DNA of 63,586 nucleotides, counting the filler, from Lenisia limosa (Eukaryota > Protista > Breviatea), in assembly GCA_001655205.1 (NCBI GenBank). It is 11 parts of 11 records of this genome, joined end to end, with 100 filler letters (N's around TTAATTAATTAA, not from the genome) between each part and the next. Parts side by side here need not be neighbours in the genome. Positions count along the whole stretch, not along the records: positions 26,746 to 29,379 come from LPNZ01010417.1; positions 29,480 to 30,834 come from LPNZ01002640.1; positions 30,935 to 31,939 come from LPNZ01003627.1; positions 32,040 to 46,139 come from LPNZ01011623.1; 7 more parts are not named here. One strand, written 5' to 3'. Of this stretch, positions 26,746 to 38,000 are shown in pieces; positions within the stretch are counted from its first letter, which is position 1; every line of letters starts with the position of its first letter. The notes below the pieces were generated by a model. It was given only the letters and a program-made list of their open reading frames with translations. It made no database searches and was not told the origin of the DNA. The translations under genes were made by a program, and so were the position numbers.

Positions 26746-29110
26746 AAGTCAGCGCATTTCATACCGGGAGATGGAGGGACGGGTGTTTGTGGGGATGATG
26801 GGGCGGCCGTTAGGCATGGTGGGGATTGTGAACAAACCTGAAAGATGAGTCCTTCGAAGAAAATTTCTTTTAGAACGAGAACATATTCTATGGTGCCAAA
26901 AATACAGAGGAATATCATTAAGATATCCACGGGCTTTACACTGACTTCTTAATAGAACAGTTCAATTATATGATAGAACCAATGTTAACTTAATACTGAG
27001 AGAAATCTCTGTCGGTAGCAATGAAAAATAATAAGAAAAAAAAAAGGGGGGGGGGGGGCGNNNNNNNNNNNNNNNNNNNNNNNNNNNNNNNNNNNNNNNN
27101 NNNNNNNNNNNNNNNNNNNNNNNNNNNNNNNNNNNNNNNNNNNNNNNNNNNNNNNNNNNNNNNNNNNNNNNNNNNNNNNTCATAGCACCGTTGCGCCTCC
27201 CCCCACTGAAGGCACTTCATGTAGTGTGGGATAGTGGGCGATTTGGGGGATTGGGCATGGGTTCATGTTATCAAGAACGGAGGGAGTTGGCAAACTTGTT
27301 GCACACGGGAGGGGAGAGGAACGAATAGCCTGAATAATGAGGGGGTTATATGTATAGTATAGTATTATATCATTTGAATCTGACACAATAAATTCCATGT
27401 GTGAGTGTTATATACAATATGTGTGTGTGGTACCATATTTTCCACGCAAAGAACGCCTACGGAAGAGGGATATATGGGATAATCGGGGCGAACTGGACTG
27501 GGTTTCAAAACAGGCGGCGCTTCGTTGATAACCAGCGGTGGAGCTACGGAGTCAGAAATCAGTTAAAGCAGGTCCCCAAGCAAGATTCATTACGTGATCT
27601 TAACCAAGCCCCAAATCCAAGTCAAAATCAGCCATAATCAGCACCCCAAATCCATGAAAAAAAAATTTTACACCCCAGGATTTCACTCTGGTTTGAATAT
27701 CTGATTTAAAACTCAGGCTTCTGGATTTTTTCGTCCGGAAGGTGGCAGTTAATCACTTGTTATTGTTTGGGTTGGTTGGAAGGACTAAGTTCCATACACA
27801 GTATGTAAAATATTTTAGGCATCATATCACTTTTTGGATCATTTTCAGACGTGTGAACTATCAATTTTCCACGCAGTGATAATCCTCGTAACGTCGGTCA
27901 TAAACGGGATTAAAAAATCGATAATATTATATTAGATATTACAATTATATGTATACAGAGATGAGATAAAACAAGTTTGTATCTGGCCAAACCGTCCACC
28001 AAAAGTCATGCTTATAAGAGATATTGGATTGTAGTATTATATTTAACCCAATCATTTGCCTAACAAATCTGTGTGCAGGCCTAAAGTAAAGCCCTAGTGA
28101 CATATAGCTGTCATACCGGAAGTTTTTGGGAGGGTAGAGGGAATTGCCAGGGCGACAACAAGAAGTAGAACCGAGGAGCATAGCGAAATAAACACCAACG
28201 TCGTAAGGGTTACCTGGTCTGTTAATTCGATAGCGTTTGGTTTTTGGTTGGACTTGGGTANNNNNNNNNNNNNNNNNNNNNNNNNNNNNNNNNNNNNNNN
28301 NNNNNNNNNNNNNNNNNNNNNNNNNNNNNNNNNNNNNNNNNNNNNNNNNNNNNNNNNNNNNNNNNNNNNNNNNNNNNNNNNNNNNNNNNNNNNNNNNNNN
28401 NNNNNNNNNNNNNNNNNNNNNNNNNNNGACCCAAAAAAAATGAAGCACATCCCCCAAAAAAGCAAGTACTGAGGGCTTCCTTCGGTTCCAATTTTCCGAT
28501 AAATCCTCAAAAACTATAGATATTGTACCTGCCTTTTTCAAATCGAAGTGAAGCCCCCATCATACACATACAGTCAACCAATAAATAACCCTCTCCCTAC
28601 GTCAAGATAGTTGTAGAGAACTTGCCCCAAAATAGCCGAGGTAAGAGTCCCGACCAAGATGGATGACCGTGTCATAGAACTGAACAATAAGAGATGTTTA
28701 TCTTGTGGAACTGCACAGATAGAGATATTCAATCGTGTCATAGAACTGAAAAATAGAATTGAATAAGAGCTATTTAATCTTGTCATAAGATTTTCCCCGA
28801 ACCTAACACTCCCCTAATCCTCCCTCCCCTCCTTTTCGGCATCTAGCCATATGTCCAAAAAACACCCTCCATCCAGGACTTCACTTCGGTTCGAAAAAAG
28901 ACTGAATTTCTCGATAAATCTTCAAAAACTATTGACACTTTACGGGCTTTTTCGAACCGAAATGAAGCCCTACCTCCATCAACCAATAGCCGCACCCCCG
29001 ACCTGATCTGTCGATAGTCCGCTGTAGTAACGAATCTGAAGATGGCCCCTGATATGCCGCGGAGTGTGGCAGTTGTGAGTCCGTTAGTGACCTACGAGGT
29101 CATCCCAAAA
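26746..29110 (-). CDS. Hypothetical gene fragment (Pro-rich tail)
   Basis: Exon-like segments TQVQPKTKRYRINRPGNPYDVGVYFAMLLGSTSCCRPGNSLYPPKNFRYDSY (28260-28075), DSVAPPLVINEAPPVLKPSPVRPDYP and IRSSPLPCATSLPTPSVLDNMNP. Confidence 0.3.
28876..28970. mobile_element. MITE family A copy
   Basis: GGACTTCACTTCGGTTCGAAAAAAG...TTTTCGAACCGAAATGAAGCCC|ta. Confidence 0.8.
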
Positions 29111-29379
29111 ATGATAAAACATCCCAGGTTTTTAGTGTCAAAAATACGACATATATATGATACTACATATAGCTATATGTTATATACATTTCATATGAAA
29201 TATACACATTTCGCAGAGTCTAATTTACAGTGACCTTGAGAAGTCTTAGCCAATTGTCCTTGGGAAATCATATCATGTATGTACATACATATGATATACA
29301 TCGATATAAGTCTTCTCCGATTTTCCAAGGGAATCACACAGCAAATCAGTCAAGACTTATCCTGGTCGCGGTATAATCA

Positions 29380-29479
29380 NNNNNNNNNNNNNNNNNNNNN
29401 NNNNNNNNNNNNNNNNNNNNNNNTTAATTAATTAANNNNNNNNNNNNNNNNNNNNNNNNNNNNNNNNNNNNNNNNNNNN
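29380..29479. other. Artificial contig-joining spacer
   Basis: N44-TTAATTAATTAA-N44. Confidence 0.97.
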
Positions 29480-29597
29480 TGGAATCCATTGAATTTGCAG
29501 ATGACATTTTTCATGGTTGTTGGCGTTGTTTTTTTTTTTTTTATGTGACCTATGGAACGACGTACATGTTTATTTTCTCTATCATAATTTCATGATG

Positions 29598-30483
29598 GTT
29601 AAAACCGCGAACAAGACAAAAATCGACATAAATCGCTTCAATAACACCTTTTTTAGTGTGAAATTCGGCAGTTTTGNNNNNNNNNNCAAAACAAAGCAAA
29701 AAGAAGAAAAAAACGAGGAGATAAAAAAATCGAAAAAAAAAATCTTTTGATCAGAATTGAACCCGGCCGGGGTCACCCAGTTTCCTTTACGCGAAAATAT
29801 TTTTTGAAACCCCTCTTTCAGAATAATAGCATTTTGAGCCTATTAAAGTGCCCCACTAATGAAACGCAGATTTTTAAGGAGAATTCGAATCTGAAGTCCA
29901 TTTTGGAGAAAATGTAGTGGTTTTGAGGTATTTAAGCCAACTTTTGTAACGGTTTTTTCAAGAATTTTCCTTGTTCAGTCTCTATAATAGAGCCAATGGA
30001 CGAAATAGACGTCTGATTAAGGTATATACTGCGTCAATAACCCATTTACCTTTCTGGAACGGCACAAAAGGTAAGAGTCAAATTTGCTTGATTTATTAAC
30101 ATCTTCTATCATATTTTCGCCCATTTATGGGAAATTTACGCTTATTTTTTGACCTATTTGTCTCATATTCTCTACTTAAATGCCTCTAGGTTACTCAAGA
30201 GTGGAAAAAAAATCAAATCTCATGGNNNNNNNNNNNNNNNNNNNNNNNNNNNNNNNNNNNNNNNNNNNNNNNNNNNNNNNNNNNNNNNNNNNNNNNNNNN
30301 NNNNNNNNNNNGTATGTTGATACCCCTGCCTATTCTTCTGAATAAAATCCTGTATAAAGGAGTGTTTCCGGCAATAATTTGCAAAAAATGCGAAAGAGGC
30401 GTAAATAAGGAGCATATTGACTCAAAAATTGAAAGAAAAGCCTCCTTTTTGTTCGCGGTTTTAATCATGTTCGCGGTTTTAAC
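29598..30483. mobile_element. Putative non-autonomous DNA transposon remnant bounded by inverted repeats
   Basis: GTTAAAACCGCGAACA (29598) is matched by TGTTCGCGGTTTTAAC (about 30469-30483), which is tandemly duplicated on the right. The interior is AT-rich with no credible ORF, and no TSD was seen. Confidence 0.35.
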
Positions 30484-30834
30484 TATAGGTGGGGGGACAT
30501 GACCGTGTCCAGGGACATGACCGTGTCCACTTTTTTTTATTTTCTTCAAAAAAACACTAATTCAATAAAAAAATGTTGCGAAGGGGAAAGCAGTAACTCT
30601 CAGTGTATAAAACATCACAAGCTGTATTTTTCAGAAAGGTTCTAATATTACAAACATCAAAGCTCATAAAAGCAATCGAAAAATGTAGACACTCAGAATG
30701 AGATTTTCTTCTTAAAGTAAGACATAAAACTAAATGACAAACTTCTATTTCCTATTTTTCTTCACAGGATGCTGTTTCGTAGTCTTGGCCTTCCCCTTTC
30801 CTGAAAAGTCATTCCAATTTTGCACAATATTTAA

Positions 30835-30934
30835 NNNNNNNNNNNNNNNNNNNNNNNNNNNNNNNNNNNNNNNNNNNNTTAATTAATTAANNNNNNNNNN
30901 NNNNNNNNNNNNNNNNNNNNNNNNNNNNNNNNNN
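30835..30934. other. Artificial contig-joining spacer
   Basis: N44-TTAATTAATTAA-N44. Confidence 0.97.
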
Positions 30935-31939
30935 ACGATGTAATATAGTCACTAAGACTCTGCGAAAAGGCAACAAATTATATCCCACAGTTTCAACAAA
31001 CATAATTACCCTTCTACATACAACGATTTTGTCAACGTCAGAAATGGGAGTGACATAAACTGAAACCAAAGGGGGTGCAGCAACCTGAAAGTCAGCTTGT
31101 TGAATGATTTGATTTACACTCGATAAGTAACGATATTCCATCAGTCTATTTCGGACCGGAGTGATGCCCTAATAATGCCTAATAATGTAGAGTACTAAGA
31201 CTAATCGTCAGATAATGAACGGATATTGAGCTTTATCCTTAGTCACCCGTGTCAGGACTTATCGCGGCCAGTGTACATATAAAAGTAACCGAATTAAATG
31301 TTCCACTCCCACCTGATATGCTTGCAATCTCTTGATGTTATCTGGGAATGGGAATTCTCCTGTGAAGATGGAAACTCCTGGTACAGCAGAATCCATAACC
31401 TCCCCCTAGATTGTTATGCGCTTGAACCACAACTGTAACCACCTTTTAGATTCTAATAAACATAACCTCCCATTATTATTATAACTAGCACAAATCTCCC
31501 CCCCCCCCTGTTTAGACATGAATCCCCGCAGATTAAAACTTTATCACAAGATTCACAGTAAGAGAAGTAAGAGGAAACCAGAAAGATACACTCTGGTATG
31601 ATCTAAAAAAACACTTTCAAAAAACCCCACCCACATCCTTGGTAGATGCTTGTGATGAGACCATTTCCATCTCTGGTTCCGGTGCGAGAAAAACGGGGTC
31701 AAACGACCCTTCCTGGCTCGGATACGAATAGATTGAGTCGGGCTGGGAGTAAGGATATTGCGGCTGGGTAGACGGAAGGACGGTAGGGATATTTGTAAGG
31801 GGGGGAGCGGTAACCTTAGGCGGTAAGGGTTTCTTTGAAGCGGGCTTGGGGGGCTTGGGTTGTGGCGGTTTTTGTACCAGTGAGGGCGGAATGTGAGCAA
31901 GGGTAATGGCGGTTTCGGGTACTGGGAAAGCTCGGAGTG
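30935..31939 (-). CDS. Hypothetical Pro-rich protein fragment
   Basis: Open frame PPSLVQKPPQPKPPKPASKKPLPPKVTAPPLTNIPTVLPSTQPQYPYSQPDS...QASTKD ending at a GT donor (about 31640). Confidence 0.4.
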
Positions 31940-32039
31940 NNNNNNNNNNNNNNNNNNNNNNNNNNNNNNNNNNNNNNNNNNNNTTAATTAATTAANNNNN
32001 NNNNNNNNNNNNNNNNNNNNNNNNNNNNNNNNNNNNNNN
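31940..32039. other. Artificial contig-joining spacer
   Basis: N44-TTAATTAATTAA-N44. Confidence 0.97.
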
Positions 32040-35000
32040 CGGGATAAAGGTGAATACTCAATAAAGGGGGAGCACTTATCCACTCACAACATCAAGGCTT
32101 GAAAGATACGTGGCGCTAGTGATGGGGCTGTTTTCGCCCTCCAAGCCAAAACGACAGAGAATGGAGCTTCCGGCGGCGGCGTTGTCCAGTCCCGACCCGG
32201 ACACACGCACAACGGACCTGAAGCGTGACATTTTATTCTTTATTTTTTTAAAAAAAGTCGGAGGATCCTACCCTTCGGCGTCGAGCGGGACTGTTGTGGG
32301 GGTCACTGACTCAACCAGTGGCGTGTAGNNNNNNNNNNNNNNNNNNNNNNNNNNNNNNNNNNNNNNNNNNNNNNNNNNNNNNNNNNNNNNNNNNNNNNNN
32401 NNNNNNNNNNNNNNNNNNNNNNNNNNNNNNNNNNNNNNNNNNNNNNNNNNNNNNNNNNNNNNNNNNNNNNNNNNNNNNNNNNNNNNNNNNNNNNNNNNNN
32501 NNNNNNNNNNNNNNNNNNNNNNNNNNNNNNNNNNNNNNNNNNNNNNNNNNNNNNNNNNNNNNNNNNNNNNNNNNNNNNNNNNNTGATGCCCACGTCCATG
32601 TCCCCAGCGGTGGCCAGGGCAAGGATGGAACACGTCATGCTTCGCGTGTTGTTCTTGACACACGCCTCCGAAATCCGCAGAGAACCGGCGGTAAGATACA
32701 GCGACCCAGCGCTGGTTGTTAGCATGCGTGAGTACACGATAATCCCCTTTAACACCGTAACGTATGAAAGCCTACCCCCATAACAAGACGTATGAAAAGC
32801 CTACTCCCATAGCAAGACGTATGAAAGCCTACCCCGGGAAGTCGTCAGCTAGTGTGACTGCAACAGTGATTTGAGAGGAAATCTCAACAGCCTAGGGGGG
32901 GGGGGGNNNNNNNNNNNNNNNNNNNNNNNNNNNNNNNNNNNNNNNNNNNNNNNNNNNNNNNNNNNNNNNNNNNNNNNNNNNNNNNNNNNNNNNNNNNNNN
33001 NNNNNNNNNNNNNNNNNNNNNNNNNNNNNNNNNNNNNNNTTCAAAGCTTAAGAACTGACCAGCTCAATTGACAAGAAAGATAGAAAGAGAGAAAGAGAAA
33101 GAGAGAAAGAGAGACCAACCTTGGGCGTAATTGACAAAATGCCGATAGGAGTCCCAGAGGCCGTGCATTCGGATGAGCCACAGCTTGAGGGTCAGATGTG
33201 CACTTATGTGTTAGTAATTTACCCACCTGAAGCCAGTTTGACATGAGGAGGAACAGGTCGTTTCACAGGTTGACGTGATGCCGTTACAGGAGTATCCCAA
33301 ACAGGACGAAAGAGGACTGTTCGGTTAGTATGGGTTTGAAAACAAAATGAAAATCTCAGCAAGATTGATAGTCCCCCGCACTTAGCCAGACACGCTCCAG
33401 AGACACAGAAGGATGTGGCGAGAGCGTCGATACCATCCAAAGTGCCTGCAATATAAGGATATGATGATGCGACAAACCGCAGGAGGTCGAGCCACACGAT
33501 ATGCCGTCACTTTCGGGCACACACTCTCCGGAGGCGCAGGTGTTGCATTCCTGAGGGTGAATAGCAATTATCAATACTGCCACCCCGAATCCACTTTATC
33601 TCAAGCATTACAGTGATCATTACCCGCGCACCAAGCAGTCAGACGCACAACAAACTCCAGCAATGCAGAAACCGGAGGCACAGACCGAGGCATCTGTGCA
33701 GTTTACGCCGTTATCCTGGGGGGCGGGTGAGCTATTTGATGTACTATTGAATAAGACAAAACTCAAAAGACGAGAGGGCAGAAGTCAACAAAGAGAAGCA
33801 CACACCTTTTTATCCGGGGTGCAAGCCCCGACAGTACAGTTCTCGAAGGTGATCGGCATCAAATCTTCATCACACTTGTAAGTTCTAAGGTCATTAGATT
33901 CAGAACACCCCTCATGCGACATAGTCAACACTCCCCCCATACGACACAGGAGTTCCATCGTTCCGTACGCAGGAAAGTTCACGAGTACGCTCAATCGATT
34001 CGCCGCACACCGGACATGACGTCCAAGGGCCCTTTGCCCAGATGTACACCACAGCTGGCTGGTCAGGATGGAATGAGTCATTGTGGGGGCTTCACTTCGG
34101 TTCGAAAGCTTTTTCGATAAATCCTCGAAAACTATCGATATTTTACTGGTCATTCTTGGACCAAAGTGAAGCCCTAGTCATTGTGGTTCGATCACGACTA
34201 TAAATGGATAGCACCCAAAGAGGCTCACGTTGGCAGTCGACAGTGGCGTTAAAGGCGCCATTCTCTTGGCAGGACAGAAGAGTAGTGTCCTCATCCGCGC
34301 CGCCGGTGCTGAAGCCTAAAGGATAAGCATGCTTAATAAACATCGATAGTTCATATCACATTCTTGAGGGTGACTAAAATCCCAACCCGGCTCACCCGAG
34401 TTGCATGTTACAGTGCACGTGGAATTAGGCGCGATGTTGTCACAGTTGTTGTGGCTATTGAGGAATGTCGGTTTAATGCATTGTAGTGCTGGAGAGGTAA
34501 GAGATAATCGGAAATCACACTTTCTTTCATTTGAAACAAAGACACACATAAGAATGGCTTAGGGGTGCGCAGTGGTACCACCATGACATGATAAATATTC
34601 AAGAAAAGAGCCCTCCCACATGTGCATGTTGGTAGCGCCTCGACATCCCATTCGCCGCTCGAGTGACAGAGGATCGAAGCAGTCGTGCTGTGGATAAGAA
34701 CCTGACACACATAGTCTTGGTGAATTAATCAACTCCCCCCCCCCCCACTCTAGGGAGCCAGAGATGACGTGTCCCTCGTGGCACGTGACAAGGCAAGAGT
34801 CCGGCGCCGTGGTACCGTTGCAGTTCGTCAGATCTGCGTTGGCAATGCTGGAGATGACTGGACACTCCGGTGGCGCAACAACTATAGAATTAACAGCTAT
34901 GGAGCCTCTGGTGTTGCATTGATGAAGCCTTAAGAGGACTATGTCACCAGTGTTGACATAGTACCATATGAACGAACTTATGATATGTGGACCACTATCA

Positions 35001-38000
35001 TCCTAAATAGCCTACCAGCAGGACAGGATGATGCGGGTGTTGCCCACAATCCGGTGTCCATACACGCAATTGTGATGTTGGAAGAGTCTTGCGTGCACGT
35101 GTAGAGACATTGCGTAGTGTGTGCCCCTCCTGCGCACCCTGAAGACTACAGCGTAAACAAGCATACAGACAACCAACCATTTGAGTGCCGTATTGGATCT
35201 CGGCAGCCTTTGTACCTGTTAACGTTAATTGGGTCGAAGAAGTACACAGTAATATGTGATCGTTAATTGAAAGAAGGACACAGTAATATGCTATCATAAT
35301 TGGGTCAAAGAAGGACAGACGCATACAGTCCGGGCAAGCTTGAGTGTTACAGTCGCTGGTAGTGAGGGGTTTCGCTCCAGCCAGCTCAAGGGTGCAGACC
35401 GAATCGAGTTGAGAGACAAGGCCTGAAGAAGTAAGAATCACTCCAACTTGAATAGTAAAGTTAATGAGAGGAGTAAGGAGTGTTTTATGAGCTAATTATG
35501 TGTTATACAGCTTAACCATCATCCCCCCCTCCCCACCACTGACACACTCCACGGTCCGGGTCTGAGTTCCGCCGCCGCACGAGACAGAACACTCCGAGAA
35601 GGACGACACCTTCCATGCCGGGCAGATGTCGGTGTTACATGTGCCAACTGCCGACGGCTTCGTTGTCTCGGCCTTAAGTTCGCATTCGGACACGCCGGTT
35701 TCGGTGCCGTCTTGCGTGCACGTCACCTTCATGGTCAAATGAGTCCAAGAAAATGGGTCAAAACAAATCTTCCTAGTCTCACTGTGCGTGTTTGAGATCC
35801 GCCTCCACAATCCTCATCGCAGGCACCCCAGCCTCCAGTCTATATGGTTAGCATTTGATAAAGCTAGATTGCTGCATAGAACGCGACAAGACATACCACC
35901 CAGATGGGACAGTTTGCAGCGTTACAAGTTTGGGAAGTGGCAGGCTTGGTGTCGTTGCACATGCTCTCCGGGTAGGGCGTGGAGTTGAGTTCGCACGTGA
36001 CTGAGCGCGTACTGACGCCACCACCACAAAGTTCGCTGCAGGTGGTCCATGTTGAGTTCTGGAGCATGAATCAAGTCTACTCTTGGCACCATAGTACTTG
36101 GTCCCTTCACACTCACAGTCCATGACGGGCACGCGGAATAGTCGGAACACGCCTGTGTAGTTGCAGGTTTGGTCAGAGCATCGCAGAGAGAATCGTCAGC
36201 CTGGGGAGTCAAAATTGGAAAATTTATGAAACAAAAAAAGCCCAAAATAATCTCTGTTAACACACGAGGGTTGAGAACAACAAAACAAACAAAGTCCAGG
36301 GGTGATAAGCTTGACAGGGCTGAAACAAAGCATGATGATAGGCCTGAACATCTAACTGCCCACCAGAGTGCTGAGACTCGACCAACACGGCACGGGTCGT
36401 GATTCTACTCCGACGCCGCAAGTCGTGTTGCAAGCCCCCCAAGAGCCTAGACCGTCACAAAGCGATGGCATAACGTGATCCATAATCCCCCCCTCCCCGC
36501 GCACCAGGAAGCCAGTCGTAGGAGCACGCACCTCCCGTGCAAGGTTGCGTGGTGTTAGGCGCCGATGAGGGACACGTGGCAGTGGTACCGTCAGGATTGT
36601 AGCACGTCACGGTCCGGGTTTGAACGCCGGCTGCCTCACAATCAGATACGCAACTGCCGAAAGCTCCCAGGGTCCTGGGGGGGGCGTTATGCGAATTTAT
36701 GAATATAATAAAAACCAAACTATCGACTCTATTAGCACACGCAAGGCTTGAACAAAACAAAGCCAATCCCGTTTGCTGACCAGGTGATGCTGCTGAGGTC
36801 GGCATCAGCTGCCAAAATGCAAGCGCCGTTCTCACAAACTTCTCCACCGTCCGTGTTACAGACAAATCCATTTGGTGCTGTCTGGGCACATGAGAATNNN
36901 NNNNNNNNNNNNNNNNNNNNNNNNNNNNNNNNNNNNNNNNNNNNNNNNNNNNNNNNNNNNNNNNNNNNNNNNNNNNNNNNNNNNNNNNNNNNNNNNNNNN
37001 NNNNNNNNNNNNNNNNNNNNNNNNNNNNNNNNNNNNNNNNNNNNNNNNNNNNNNNNNNNNNNAAAAATCAACAGAGCAATCATTTCCACTGCAAAGCAAT
37101 ATCAAAAGTGACATAATCCCCCATACGCAGTGTAGCCTTTAACTTCGCAATAAAGGTCTTCGGATTTACATTTCCCCTGTAAAGTGAGACAACTCAAGGA
37201 AATGCAAACCACCAATCAACTCACTTGGTAGCATCTGCCAAGAGATCCGATGCCGTCACTGCATGCGGTTCCGGCCACTGCGTGCGACGCTAAAGGGTCA
37301 CTGACGCAACTGCATCCCCATGTTAAATACCAATAATACAGCATATCATATCCAATTCCAAAACAAATCTACACTCAACCACATCAACATATTAGATTAA
37401 TTTAGCCGAATTTTGGAAACGGCAACAAGTGTAATGACGTCCACATACGGGGGCAGTCGGACGAGACGCCGGAGCAGACATCATCGATATCGCATGGCGC
37501 GTGGATGGGGTCAGTTGACTTCGCATTGCAAACGTAGGAACTAAACCATCAAAAGGGTACTGAGCGGAGGCAAAAGCAGCGCGTTTGCAGTATAGCCAAC
37601 CTGGCTCGGAAGCTGCAGGTGTTGTCACAACAAGGTGCGGCCGAGCTGAAACGATAACCAATTGTCCTCCCAAACTTCCTGCAAAACAAGGCACTCCACA
37701 TACTCGCACTCTGCGCCAGCTTTGAGCAGGCAAGTGGCAGCAACACAGCAGTCCGTTGTGCAGCCTACCGGACCGCAGTCACATTCCTCCCCAAGACCTA
37801 CAAGAGTGATTGGGTTATTAGTTCAGCGATTTACAAGAAACAACTTTATCGATGACATTGTTATGAGTGCTTCACTTCTGTATGAAGAGAGTATTGAGCC
37901 TACTTTCATCAACAATACCGTCTCCACATGTTGGCAGCGAAGGGGTCGGTACTGCACAGTTAGCAAAGAAGTCAACAAGAATGGAGACGCCCCACGTACC

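Noticed and set aside
28075-28260. DHHC palmitoyltransferase C-terminus (GNPYDVG)
   Set aside because: Only a short NPY-like motif; no DHHC-CRD or TTxE motif was found on the contig.
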